DNA of 61,572 bases, the filler included. It is 12 parts of 12 records of this genome, joined end to end, with 100 filler letters (N's around TTAATTAATTAA, not from the genome) between each part and the next. Parts side by side here need not be neighbours in the genome. Positions count along the whole stretch, not along the records: positions 9,184 to 15,459 come from SRR7504441_4958; positions 15,560 to 22,364 come from SRR7504441_4971; positions 22,465 to 27,830 come from SRR7504441_4974; 9 more parts are not named here. The stretch is one strand, 5' to 3'. Shown one piece after another: positions 12,004-22,537 of the stretch (positions within the stretch are counted from its first letter, which is position 1; every line of letters starts with the position of its first letter). The position numbers and the translations under genes are program-made. The notes below the pieces were generated by a model. It saw only the letters and a list, made by a program, of their open reading frames with translations. It was not told the DNA's origin and ran no database searches.

Positions 12004-12843
12004 ATGTACGCCGGCGCGCGGCAGCAGCAGATGATGGGCTCCCACTTCCCGCCGACTGCCTACGGCCCAGGCGCCCCCGGCGGCTTCGCACCGCCACACG
12101 GCTTTGCACCGCCGCAGCACGGCTTTGGGGGCCACCCGATGGGCCATCCCGGCGGGTACGGCGGCCATCCAATGGGGCCGTACGGCCACATGCCCAACCA
12201 GAGCGTGGAGACTAATAAGATGGGCTCGCCCTACCGGATGGCTGACGTGATGGGCGGGTACCACCCAGGTCACAAGACGCCGCACCAATCGATGGAAATG
12301 ACGCTGGCCGACGAGAAGGCCTGCCGGAAGGCGTTCGAGGACAAGCTGGCCGACGAGAAGAAGGAGTACGACGCGATGATCGCCGCCAGGGACCAGGCTG
12401 CCAAGGAAGGCGGCTACGACTGGGACCCGGCCTACATGACCCAGAAGGAGGACGAGCGCGCCCGACGGCAGGCGTACGACGATGAGCTGAACAAGGAACG
12501 GAGACGGTACGCCACAAAGATTAAGGAGTGGGAGCGGATCAGCATTGAGCCGCACGAGCTGGAGCGGAAGGAGAAGGATCTGGCCGATCAGCACGTGCAG
12601 TTCCAGTGGACTGGCTTCCGTGGATACCCGCAGCAGCAGGCAATGTTCCGGAGGGAAAACATCAAGTACCAGGAGGACAACCTCTGGAAGGAGCGGACCG
12701 CGATCGAGAAGGAGATGTGGTCAGCCGTGCACGGCGGCGGCGGCGAGCACCACCAGCAGATCCCGGGGATGGGCCCTGCCAACCCCTACGGGAATGAGAA
12801 TCGGCACGGCTCTCGCCACCGTGCGGATCACCAAGGCATGTGA
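12004..12843 (+). CDS. Hypothetical protein: Gly/Pro/His-rich N-terminus plus charged coiled coil
   Basis: 279-aa ATG-started ORF with coding-like codon use, GFAPPH repeats and a K/E-rich helix. Confidence 0.65.
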   Translation: MYAGARQQQMMGSHFPPTAYGPGAPGGFAPPHGFAPPQHGFGGHPMGHPGGYGGHPMGPYGHMPNQSVETNKMGSPYRMADVMGGYHPGHKTPHQSMEMTLADEKACRKAFEDKLADEKKEYDAMIAARDQAAKEGGYDWDPAYMTQKEDERARRQAYDDELNKERRRYATKIKEWERISIEPHELERKEKDLADQHVQFQWTGFRGYPQQQAMFRRENIKYQEDNLWKERTAIEKEMWSAVHGGGGEHHQQIPGMGPANPYGNENRHGSRHRADHQGM

Positions 12844-13082
12844 ATGCCGAGCCCTCGCTCGGGGCCTAATCCGTACCTCGATATGCTGTGTTGAGAGAAT
12901 ACACCACTTTGTCTTGTATACAAATGTATACAGATCCATCGCTTGTGCACCGACCGCTCTCTGCTCCAACGCCTATCATTGCCGGCCGCTTAGATCTTGG
13001 GTCATCACGCAAGTGCCCGTTCACGCTCAGATCGAGTCCTCCGAGCTCAAAGATCTTATATATGTACAAATATTGTATGAGC

Positions 13083-14219
13083 TTAGTTATCATGATGCCT
13101 GGTGAGGCTTACCTCGTGACTTACTAACATTTGTGGACTTTCAGCGCTCTCGTCAAGCACCCCTACCTTGCCTTCGGGGGGCTGCTCTTGAAGCGCGAGA
13201 GGCAGCACCCCAATCTCTACGATGCCCTGTGCCACCTGCTCGCCGGCTGCACTCTTATTTGGGATTGAACACTCGGAATCGTCGTCCCGATCCTGTTTTA
13301 TATCCGTGACCGGCCCACACTCGACTTGTTCCGTCTCCTCGTCCAAAGGCGCCACAACGTACCGGAGCAGCGCCACCAACCACAGCGAGTTGACGAAGAA
13401 GAAAATGCCATAAATGAACGGGAAGAGCGACGCTTCGTCCCTCTGAGTCCCTTCATAGGAGAGTGTTAGGATCGCAAGCGTCAGCGTCACGTTCTGCACT
13501 CCGGTCTCGAGGGCGATAGTCCGGCAGTCCCTGCGGCTGATTCCGAGCATAGCGGCCACCCCGAACCCGAATCCAAACCCGAGCGGCTCAAACAGCGCTC
13601 CGCAAATCCAGAGAGAGGCCGGGGCATCTCCAAACAGGTGCGCATTCTGCGCCAGCACAATCGCCACCGCAGCCACCAGGAAGAGCCCGCCGAGTACCGA
13701 CGAGATCAAGGTGGCCCACTCCCAGATAAACTTGGGTCCGATCTTGGTCTCGGTGTTGTACCGTCTGAGGGCCAGCCCGCCTGCACACGGCAGCACGACC
13801 AGCGCCACCGCTAGGCTAATAGTGAGCCAGGGCAGCTCGACGCTGGCCCCGTAGAGCTCCTCGAGTAGCAGGAAGGCCAGCAACGGCAGGAACCCGAACG
13901 CGAGCACGGTGGAGAAGAAGGACATCGTGATCGAAAGGGCCACGTTGCCCAGGCTCCAGTAGGTGAACAGGTTGGAGAGCGTGCCGCCGGGCGAGCAGCC
14001 GACCAGAATCAGACCGACCGCGTAGTTGTCTTCCATCTCGAAAGCCTTGGCCATCCCGAAGGCACAGAGCGGCATGAAGACGTACTGGCTGCTGAATCCT
14101 ATCAGCACCGCCTTCGGATGCTCCAGCGCGGTCTCGAAGTCGGCCAGGGTGGTCGAGGTGCCCATCCCGAGCCCGATGAGCACGATCGTGATCCCGGCCA
14201 CCACCGAGAAAAGGTCCAT
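13083..14219 (-). CDS. Bile acid:sodium symporter (SLC10/BASS family)
   Basis: Motifs GLGMG, SQYVFMP, GCSPGGTLSNLFTYWSLGNVALSITMS and TIALETGVQN; multiple TM helices; likely ATG at 14219. Confidence 0.92.
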   Translation of the reverse strand: MDLFSVVAGITIVLIGLGMGTSTTLADFETALEHPKAVLIGFSSQYVFMPLCAFGMAKAFEMEDNYAVGLILVGCSPGGTLSNLFTYWSLGNVALSITMSFFSTVLAFGFLPLLAFLLLEELYGASVELPWLTISLAVALVVLPCAGGLALRRYNTETKIGPKFIWEWATLISSVLGGLFLVAAVAIVLAQNAHLFGDAPASLWICGALFEPLGFGFGFGVAAMLGISRRDCRTIALETGVQNVTLTLAILTLSYEGTQRDEASLFPFIYGIFFFVNSLWLVALLRYVVAPLDEETEQVECGPVTDIKQDRDDDSECSIPNKSAAGEQVAQGIVEIGVLPLALQEQPPEGKVGVLDESAESPQMLVSHEVSLTRHHDN

Positions 14220-14329
14220 GACCGCGCTCCGGCCGCTTGTCGCCGCGAAAGGCTGCGACCCGGCCGCTCGCGATGATGAGTGACCTCGGTGGGATGTTTT
14301 TGGGCAACCACCACAACTGACACACGAAG

Positions 14330-15207
14330 TCACTGAGGCTGGCGGCGAGCAGTGCAGGCGGCCGGCTGGCCGGGCTGGCGGCGGACTGGGGGGCGGGCCG
14401 GGCCGGAGCCAGCAGCAGCTGGGTCTACCTGCCGGGCCTGGCCAGTAGCCACCGCGGGCGCAAATCGGCCGCGCTCGCCCGCTGGGCCGAGGTGCGCCGA
14501 GGGGGAGGTTGCGCCAGCAGCAGAGGCCAGGCTCGGGGAGAGCACTGGTGCTCGCTGGGGCTCACAATGCGAGGGGGTCGACTGCGCCCGGACCTGACCG
14601 TCGGTCGGCTGGTCCAGGATACGTGCCAGGCGCTTCAGGAGCTCAATCGGCAGCCCGGACCACAGCGGCACCGTCTGGTGGGGTCCTCGCTCGGGGGCAT
14701 CGTGGCCAGGTGGGGCGGCCACCGATCTCCAACTGACCGTCTGGGCAGCTGGGTGGCTGCCGACGCACCCGAGCTGGTCGAGGGATTGCTGTTACTCGCC
14801 CCGGCGGTTGGATTTGCCGAGAAGGTATCCACAGCCGGCCGCTTGGTGGCCATCCAGGGCAGGTGACCCGCTTGGCCGGAGGGCAGTCGGTGCCGGTGGC
14901 ACTCCCGAGCCGATACTGCGGCGAGATCCGGCTAGGGCGTGGGCTGGTGGATGAGCTGCGCAGTGGACAGTACACCGACGTTAAGGGTATGGCACGGAGA
15001 GTGAAGGCTCCGACGTTGATTGCACATGGCGACATGGACGACGCGGTGCCGCTGCACGGCGCGAGCCAGATGGCCAGCTGGTTGACCGAGAGTCATCTGG
15101 TGGTGTGCGCCAGGGGTGATCACCGATTGAACGAGCACTTTTCGCGAGTGTTGGTCCGGGCGAGCCGGTTCTTTGCAATTGATGGTTGCACGCAGCCCTA
15201 TAGCTAG
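14330..15207 (+). CDS. ABHD10-like alpha/beta hydrolase (multi-exon; start uncertain)
   Basis: Exon pieces read VYLPGLASSHRGRKSAALARW, LVGSSLGG (nucleophile), LLLLAPAVGF, LIAHGDMDDAVP and GDHRL. Confidence 0.75.
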
Positions 15208-15559
15208 CAAGCTTCGGGTATAGCGTTGCCGAAATCCGCTTCAGGAGAACTGTAGCTATGTAAACTAAATATTGCTTAAACAACACATGCCAACTGAGCA
15301 ATAAACTAAGCATTAGCTGACCGCTACTTTCCTACAATAATATTACAATCATCACACTGATGATCAATAATTGTACGAGTACTCGTAGAGTACTCGTACA
15401 TATACACCTACAGTTGATCATGATTGTATTCGTACGTACGATACCATGTAAAATCAATTNNNNNNNNNNNNNNNNNNNNNNNNNNNNNNNNNNNNNNNNN
15501 NNNTTAATTAATTAANNNNNNNNNNNNNNNNNNNNNNNNNNNNNNNNNNNNNNNNNNNN

Positions 15560-18500
15560 ATAAGGAAAGAATTGGTTAAGAGCAGGCCCCGAGATCGAGC
15601 AGATCGTGGCATTGCTCTTGAAGCTCCATGGCGAGCATGGCTCTGCGATCTATAGCGGGGATAAGCTGGCATGGCTGGATCCCGAGTACGTGCCAATAGT
15701 GGAGCTACCTGCAGTGGGCGAGCCGGTAAACACCGCCTGTGAATAAGGAAATGACTGTTAACAGGAGCTGCGTGACTTTGAGCCGTCGAGCCGGTCGGCA
15801 GAGGATCAGGTTAACGCCGGGTTCCTAATCGAGCAATGACCCGTTGACACAGCGCGAGGCGGCCGGGCGGCTCGAGCTGCTGCAACGGGTGTGAGGCCTG
15901 AGCGATCTCGGCTGAGAGCTCGGTGCAGGCTGCAGACCGAGGGTTGGTGCAATTGCAGCCACAGGAGCCAGGTCGGCCGGCGGTGCTGAGCATGGCGGAG
16001 CTAATCGCCAACTTGCCGGTGCCTATGCTATAATAGTGTAGGTATACTGTAGGGTAGTAGTATCTGTTTGGCGGAGCTAATCGGCTGAGCTGGTCGCGGC
16101 AGGAGATCGGAGGAGTGATGGGCGTGTTTGAGTCTGGCGACAAGTACGAGCGGTAACCGCTTCTAACTGCTTTCAACGGCTTCCAACCCGGGAGTTAGGG
16201 CCGAGCGGATATTAAAGTTGCTCAAGATGTTGCAGCTCAAGGGGATGGGCTCGGTCGAGGTGCCGGTTCAGGCCGATGCGGCAGTTAGGGTGGGCTACAG
16301 CTGGCAGAATGGCCTGATTTGTGGGACCGATGCCTGGCCGCAGCCGAGGCCGAAGACGGCGGCGCCGAGACGGTGCCTGGCCGAGCATGATCAGTTGGAA
16401 GTGAGTTGTGAGACAGGTGCCAATGGAGGTAGACGAGCGGGGAGTGCCGTTTACGCACTTAAACCTGACCAGTGTGCCCGACGGTACAGCTGAGCGCGAG
16501 ATCGAGCCTATGGAGGTTAGAGACCGGTGGCGGGGTGGTGTGCGAGCTGGGGGTTAGGTGCGATATTTCGTGGTGGACGTGAGCAAGATCCGTCTGGGGG
16601 GCGATCAGTCCAACGAGCTGGTTGTGAGCATGGAGCTCAACCCAAGCACACCAGACGATACGAGCCCGTGGGTCGCCTGGAAGCTCTCAGGCAAGCCAAC
16701 AGAGCTTGACAACCACGGGCTGAGCTCACCCGACAAGCCTAGCGTGATGGCTGCCAACGGTTACGACAAGCGCAAGTTTGAGCTCCGAAGAGCCGACCCG
16801 CAGCCGGGCCCGTGGGTGGTGGCGGTGTCGGCCGCCAAGATGGCGCGATTCAAGGCGGGCACTTGTGTGCAGCGACATGCTGATCAAGCCGGCAGGTTTG
16901 GGTAAATCACGTGAAGGAGGCCTATCTGCAGGCACACGCGCCGCCGCCGCCGGAAGCACCGCCGTCCAATCTGCTGGCAAGCGACAAGCGTAATGCAGCG
17001 TACGAACTGTTCGCTGCGGTGGACGGGGACTGCAACGGATTCTTAGGGCTCGAGGAATTTGAGAGGATTGCGTGCTGGCTGTGCGGGGCGAGCGAGGCCG
17101 AGGCCAGGGAGAGCTTTGTGGCGCTCTCGTATGATGGCGTCGAGCTCACTGTGACGCAGTTCTACCGGTAACGGTTATTGCTATTATTACCACTGTGACG
17201 CAGTTCTACCAGCTGCACCTGGGCGCATTCCCCTTATTTTATTCAGGCCTGGCCCAGGGGTTTCTGATCGCGTGGTGCAGCTGGTGCTCACAGCGCTTTG
17301 CCGAGTTGGACAGGAAGAGCTTCGAGACCAAGGTGCCTGGCTTCAGTAATCTGTGGCTGAGAGCGCCCGGTGCAGGTGCATGTGCTCACAGAGCGGCTCA
17401 AGCTGCTAGACCAAGTACCCCCCGACCGCCAACCGACCGGCGCCTCAGCGGAGCTGCCGTTCCACGCCAGCCCGGACACTGCAGCGCTGTCGAGCGCACT
17501 GTCGAGCGCTCTCAAGCTAGAGACTACGTGGATACAAGTCTCGGAGCCCAGACCGCGAGGGGCGGGAGTGACGGTAGCTGTCAGCATCCGGGATCCGGAA
17601 CAGCGCACTTCGGATGAGCTGACCAAGCTGTACGTGGATGCGCTCGCCGAGCTGCAGGCGCAGTACAAGGACCCCAGCTCGAGATTCCGGTTAGCCAACC
17701 AGCTGTTGAGCGACCAAGTTAACTCCGCAGCGCCTGTCGAGTCCTGTCTCGAGTCGCAGCCCCGGGCGTTGCCGCAGCCTGGGCGGGCCAATCTGAAGCT
17801 CGAAGGGGTGCGCGCCCTGTTCAACGGAGCGCGCTGGTGCGAGGAGGCCAGCTCGGCCAGCCTGGGCAAGATCAGCTTGGTCGGCGAACCGGTGCCGTCT
17901 CAGCTGAGCAAGGGAGTGCTGTTTGTGGAGGTGGAGGTGGCTGATCAGTGTGAACAAGTGCTGGCGAGACTGGAGCAGCTGGGCGCGGTGGGAGCGCCCG
18001 TTAATAGGGGCCTACGAAGCGATGGCGTAGCCGCCAACCTGCCACCGCTTCGTATTAGTATAACTAGTGTAGTACACTTGCGCCCCCTGTACTATATACT
18101 ACTTATACTACTGTACTGACTACACTACTGCGGTGGCAGGTTGGCGGCTACACGCTGCGCAAAATCGAAAGGGGGGAGTCCCAGCCAGCGGAAGGGTTGG
18201 CTGAGCCTGCAGCGGAGGAGTCTGTGGTCGACTTTGAGGCTGTGCCGGTGGCCAAGCCGCCGGCAGTCAAGGAACCCCAGTGGATTGACGCCACCCTGAT
18301 GGTATATGACTGATAGTAGTACAACTAGTAAAGTGAGTAGTATGGTATGCAGCCCGAGTGGGTTGACGCCGCCCTGATGGTATATGACTGCAGGTACTGC
18401 TCCCAGCCGATCGAATCGACCAGCAGAAGCTCAGCGCGGAGCTCAGCTCCGTGCTCCAGCTCGACCCGGGGCAGCTCTCGCTGATTTCCGTTGAAGGCAA

Positions 18501-21500
18501 AGCCAAGCCGATGCGACTGCCCGATGGTCGTGAGGAGCCGGTCACAGCAGTCACAGTCCGAGTCGCCAGCGGGCCGATCGGGCCATCCAGTGCAATGGAG
18601 GCCTTGCGGGCCGCCATGGAGGACGATCGCTCGGCGCTGTACACTGCTGAGCTGACACAGGCGCCCGGCAGCCGTTTCAGGTGGTGACTGTGTCCGTAGG
18701 CCAGTCGGATCCACCGATTTTTCGATCCAATCCTCAAGCCGAGCTACACCGCCTCAGCAGCCCAGGCGCTCCTAGGGCTGAGCCAGCGCCGGTGCCACCA
18801 ACCGCTTCGGTGACGGCGTAGCTGTGCGGGGCTGAGGGGGAAGTGTTCAGGTGGGCTGACGTGACGATGCGGCTCGTAATGGACTTCGAGGCAGTCAAGG
18901 CAGCGCAGCCTCGGCGGCAGTTTGAGGCTGCGGTGCACCTTCCTAATTAGGACTATAGCTTAACAGGGTATCGCGGCAGGTGCAGCAGGAGCTCGAGCAG
19001 CTGCTCGGTCCAGGGAGCATTTTCAGGGTAATAGCCATCCGGGCCGGCTCAGTGGTGGTTGTGGTGCGCGTCCTCAGGGGCAGCGTCCACGACGCACCGC
19101 CGGTGCTGGCCACCGTAGAAAAACTGCAGCAGCTGGTAACGGAAAAGCAATCTGGGCTGCACAAAACCGCGGTGCTGAGCAAGCTCGACCCGGCCAGCTC
19201 GTTGCTAGCGGTCGAGAACGGGCCGCTCGAGCCGCAACATCAGTGGGCAGAGGTCAAGTTCGCGATCCGCGGTGTGCAGCGGCAGGAGCTCAAGCCGAGC
19301 TCCGGGAGCCGTCTTGGGCTGGAAAGCACGCTGGTGGACGAGCTGTGCGAGCTATGTGGACTCGAACCTTCAAGGCTGAAAGTGGCCCAGCTGGCGGAGG
19401 GCGCGGGGCAGGCCGTGGAGGTCACAGTGCGGATTCAGATGCCGGAAAATCCGGAACGGGTCTCGGCGGTGGAGGCCGGTCGGGCGCTGCGCGAGCTGCT
19501 CGAGGCCGGGCTGGAGGGGCACGTGGGCCGGCTGCAGGGGCTGGACAGCAGCACGGAGGTGACGGTGCGTCCGGGACCGTTGCAGAGCGAGGAGGCGATG
19601 GAGCTGGCCGCGCTCTGGCGGTCGGCGGTGATGCGCGTGACGTTTCAAGTGGCGATAGCAGTCCCGGAGAGCTTCGACCAGGACGGGTTTACAGGATCGC
19701 TGGCGGTTTACTTGTCCGACGCAGTGGCCCAGCTCCCTCAAGGCACCTGCCAAGTCCAGTTTGTGCCGGCTGGTTCGATCAGGATCGAAGAGCTGGCGCG
19801 GCGCGGCGAGTTTTTCGACCTTACGGTGGATGGCTTTCTAATTTGGGAATAACCATAGCTTAGCACCTTCCTGATTAGCCAATAGTCGTGGCTTAACGGT
19901 TTACGATGCAGATTGGGATCTGCGGCCGGGACCTGACCCAGTTGGAGAAGCAGTTGAGGCGGCTGGCGGGGCTCGGATCGAGCAAGATGGTCGGCGGCGC
20001 CCGAGTGTGCAAAGTACTCCAGGTGCGCACAGCCGGGGCGGTCCAGGCGGCTGATCAGTGGCAGGTGCGCCGGACCGACGTGCCGGCGAGCACGAGTCAA
20101 GTGTTTGAGCTGCTTGACTTCGACAACGACGGGTTGGCGAGCTTCGAGGCTCTCGAGCAGGAATTTGCCGGCATAATGGAGCGGAGCGGGAAGGCGGCCG
20201 ATCTCGGGCCGCGCAAGGTGTTAAGCTATGGCTATTACCTAATTAGGAAGGTGTTAAGCTGTGGTTGGTTCGTATTTGGGAAGGCGGTCGAGCTCGGGCA
20301 GGTGGTCGCATTCATGCGAGTTTTCAAACACATCAACGCCTGGCGCGGCTCCAGTCTGGATCAGTTCACGCTGTGGCGGTGTGCCTTCCTAATTAGGAAC
20401 TATGCATAGCTTACCATCTTTCCAACTAGGAAATGGGCATAGCTTAGCAGGATGCTGCCACAGGTTTAACGGCATCTGGGAGAGGCTTGTGCTGCTCTGC
20501 CAGGACGCACCGGTCCCAAGCGACGCCGTTATCTCGCTGTTGCCCATGTTTGACACGGAGAAGAGTGTGGACGCGGACGGGGACGGTAACATCGACATGG
20601 ATGAGTGGCAGGAGGCTGGTGGCTCAAAGGAGCAGTTTGGAGTTGCTGACCTGGACGGCGACGGGGTGCTCGATCCCTATGAGATGAAGATGCGCGCGCT
20701 GGCCACTGGTGGGTTGGCCGGGCCTCAGGGATCTGGGCCGGCTCCGAGTGTGTTGATATCGCGCAGCCTGGCCGATCTGGCGCAATACAGCGAGCCCAGC
20801 ACCAGGCTTGGAGTGGCGGAGCAGATCAGGTTGTTTGGGGTGCCGGTGTGGGCTGGCTGTGACGCGATGTCGGTGAGGCTGATTCAAGAGGCCGAGGAGG
20901 CCGGGCTGGAGCTGTATTTGAGGAGGGGGCAGCTGCCGAATCACGACGAGTGGGACTACAGGCAATACTACTATTATCATTATTACTTGTATTATTATCA
21001 TTATTGAGTGAGACTGCAGGCAGCTGGAGGCCGAGCTGCAGCCCGGGGGCGGGTGCATGTACCAGTGCACCGTCAGGCCGCCGGAGCCGGGCACATGGTA
21101 TGTCGGGGTTGCTGGGATCCACATCGTGAGCTGGCGGCTGGAGCTGGAGCTGAGAGGCTGCAAACAAGCTTACCAGGCGCCTCAGCTGCTCTCGAGGTAA
21201 CTCACCGACTCTATAGCTGAACACCTTCCTAATTAGGGAACTGATATAGCTTAACGCCATCCTGACAAGATGCTGCGACAGATGGTCGTCTTACACCGCT
21301 GCTGAGCCTAGTCCTGCGTCCGGGCGGCTCAGTGCCGACAGAAGGGAACATGCGAGCGCAGTGTTTGCATTCTTGGACTACAACAACGCCGGCACTTTTG
21401 AGCCTGAGCTGCTGCATGTGCTGTGTATGCGCGCTGGCTACGATCAGCTAGGCGAGCGAACACAGGGTGGGCACTTGTGTTGTGAGGCAGGGCTGACTTG

Positions 21501-22282
21501 TGGGCAGGTGCCCCCGCGGATGCGAGCACTGGCTGCTCGCCTGTGGTGGTCAGGCTCACTGTACAGTTTAAGGCAAGTTGGCTGCTTGCACTGTAGTATA
21601 GCGTATACTATTCAGTCGGCCGCTTGCACGTGACATCTCTTGTCAGTTAACGCGCGACGACATCAAACCGGATTCGCCAGTGCGCGAGCAGTTTGTGGCA
21701 GACACAGTGCAGGGGCTGGTAGCCGCGCTGGGGTTGGAATCGGCGATGGTGACCATGGCTAGCCTGGATGCCACCGCGACCGGTACCAGCGCGGTGATGG
21801 AGATCGAGCAAAGCTACAGCCCAGCGGCTGTCAGCGTAATCGGCTGCGCGGACCGGCTGCGAGAGCAGCTGGAGGACAACGGCAGCTCACTGCACTCGGC
21901 GCGACTCTCTGTCTCCTGGGGGAAAGCTACCCAGGAGGTGCAGCCGGAGGTGTGGACGCTGAGCCCACTAAGGGCCGCAGCCAAGGAGGCTGGCGTGGAC
22001 GAGGACGGCGAGGCAAGCTGCTGGCCGAGCAGGCGGCTGACAGGCTGACGGTGGCAGGTAACGCTGCTCGTCTTCTATCGTTGGTGCCAACGGCTTTGGG
22101 GGGAGCTGTCTGTTGTGCAGTTTGGGGAGACAATGACGCAACTGGCTCGGAGCGCAAAGGTGATTGTGTGGATGGTTTAATTAATAGTATCACAGTCGCC
22201 CGATTGATGCTTGGGGCTGCAGGAGATTGGGGCTGCGATGCAACGCAGCCCAGCCGGAATCTTGAAGAAAGAACGATTATGA
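15560..22282 (+). CDS. Very large, intron-rich protein with several EF-hands and repeated SEA-like alpha/beta domains (5' partial)
   Basis: ORF pieces can be joined in frame by short introns (e.g. 16855-16895, 18000-18139, 18302-18393, 19826-19911, 20379-20463, 22013-22057), ending ILKKERL* at 22282. EF loops DGDCNGFLGLEE, DFDNDGLASFE, DADGDGNIDMDE, DLDGDGVLDPYE; SEA-like IRAGSVVV. Not all junctions are resolved. Confidence 0.65.
18933..21281. repeat. ~33-nt intronic repeat family (consensus ~CTTCCTAATTAGGNAATANCCATAGCTTAACAC) in five introns; introner-like
   Basis: Copies in introns starting at 18933 (1 unit), 19826 (2), 20218 (2, reverse orientation), 20379 (2) and 21197 (1.5). Confidence 0.85.
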
Positions 22283-22537
22283 TGTTCAAAACGTAGCAAC
22301 TTGCTTCAAATGAGCAATCATTGTTTGAGTTCTATACCGGCTTATTTGAGTGAAATAAAAGAGTNNNNNNNNNNNNNNNNNNNNNNNNNNNNNNNNNNNN
22401 NNNNNNNNTTAATTAATTAANNNNNNNNNNNNNNNNNNNNNNNNNNNNNNNNNNNNNNNNNNNNTCACACACACATGGGGTTTAGTTCTTCGGTATTTGG
22501 CATGGTTACTCGTACTAGATCGTCACAGTTGGAGCTA

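Noticed and set aside
18933-21281. CCTAATTAGG repeats as a CRISPR array or telomeric tract
   Set aside because: Spacing is irregular, orientation is mixed, the copies are intronic and there are no cas genes; TTAGG occurs only once per unit, with no telomere-like run.
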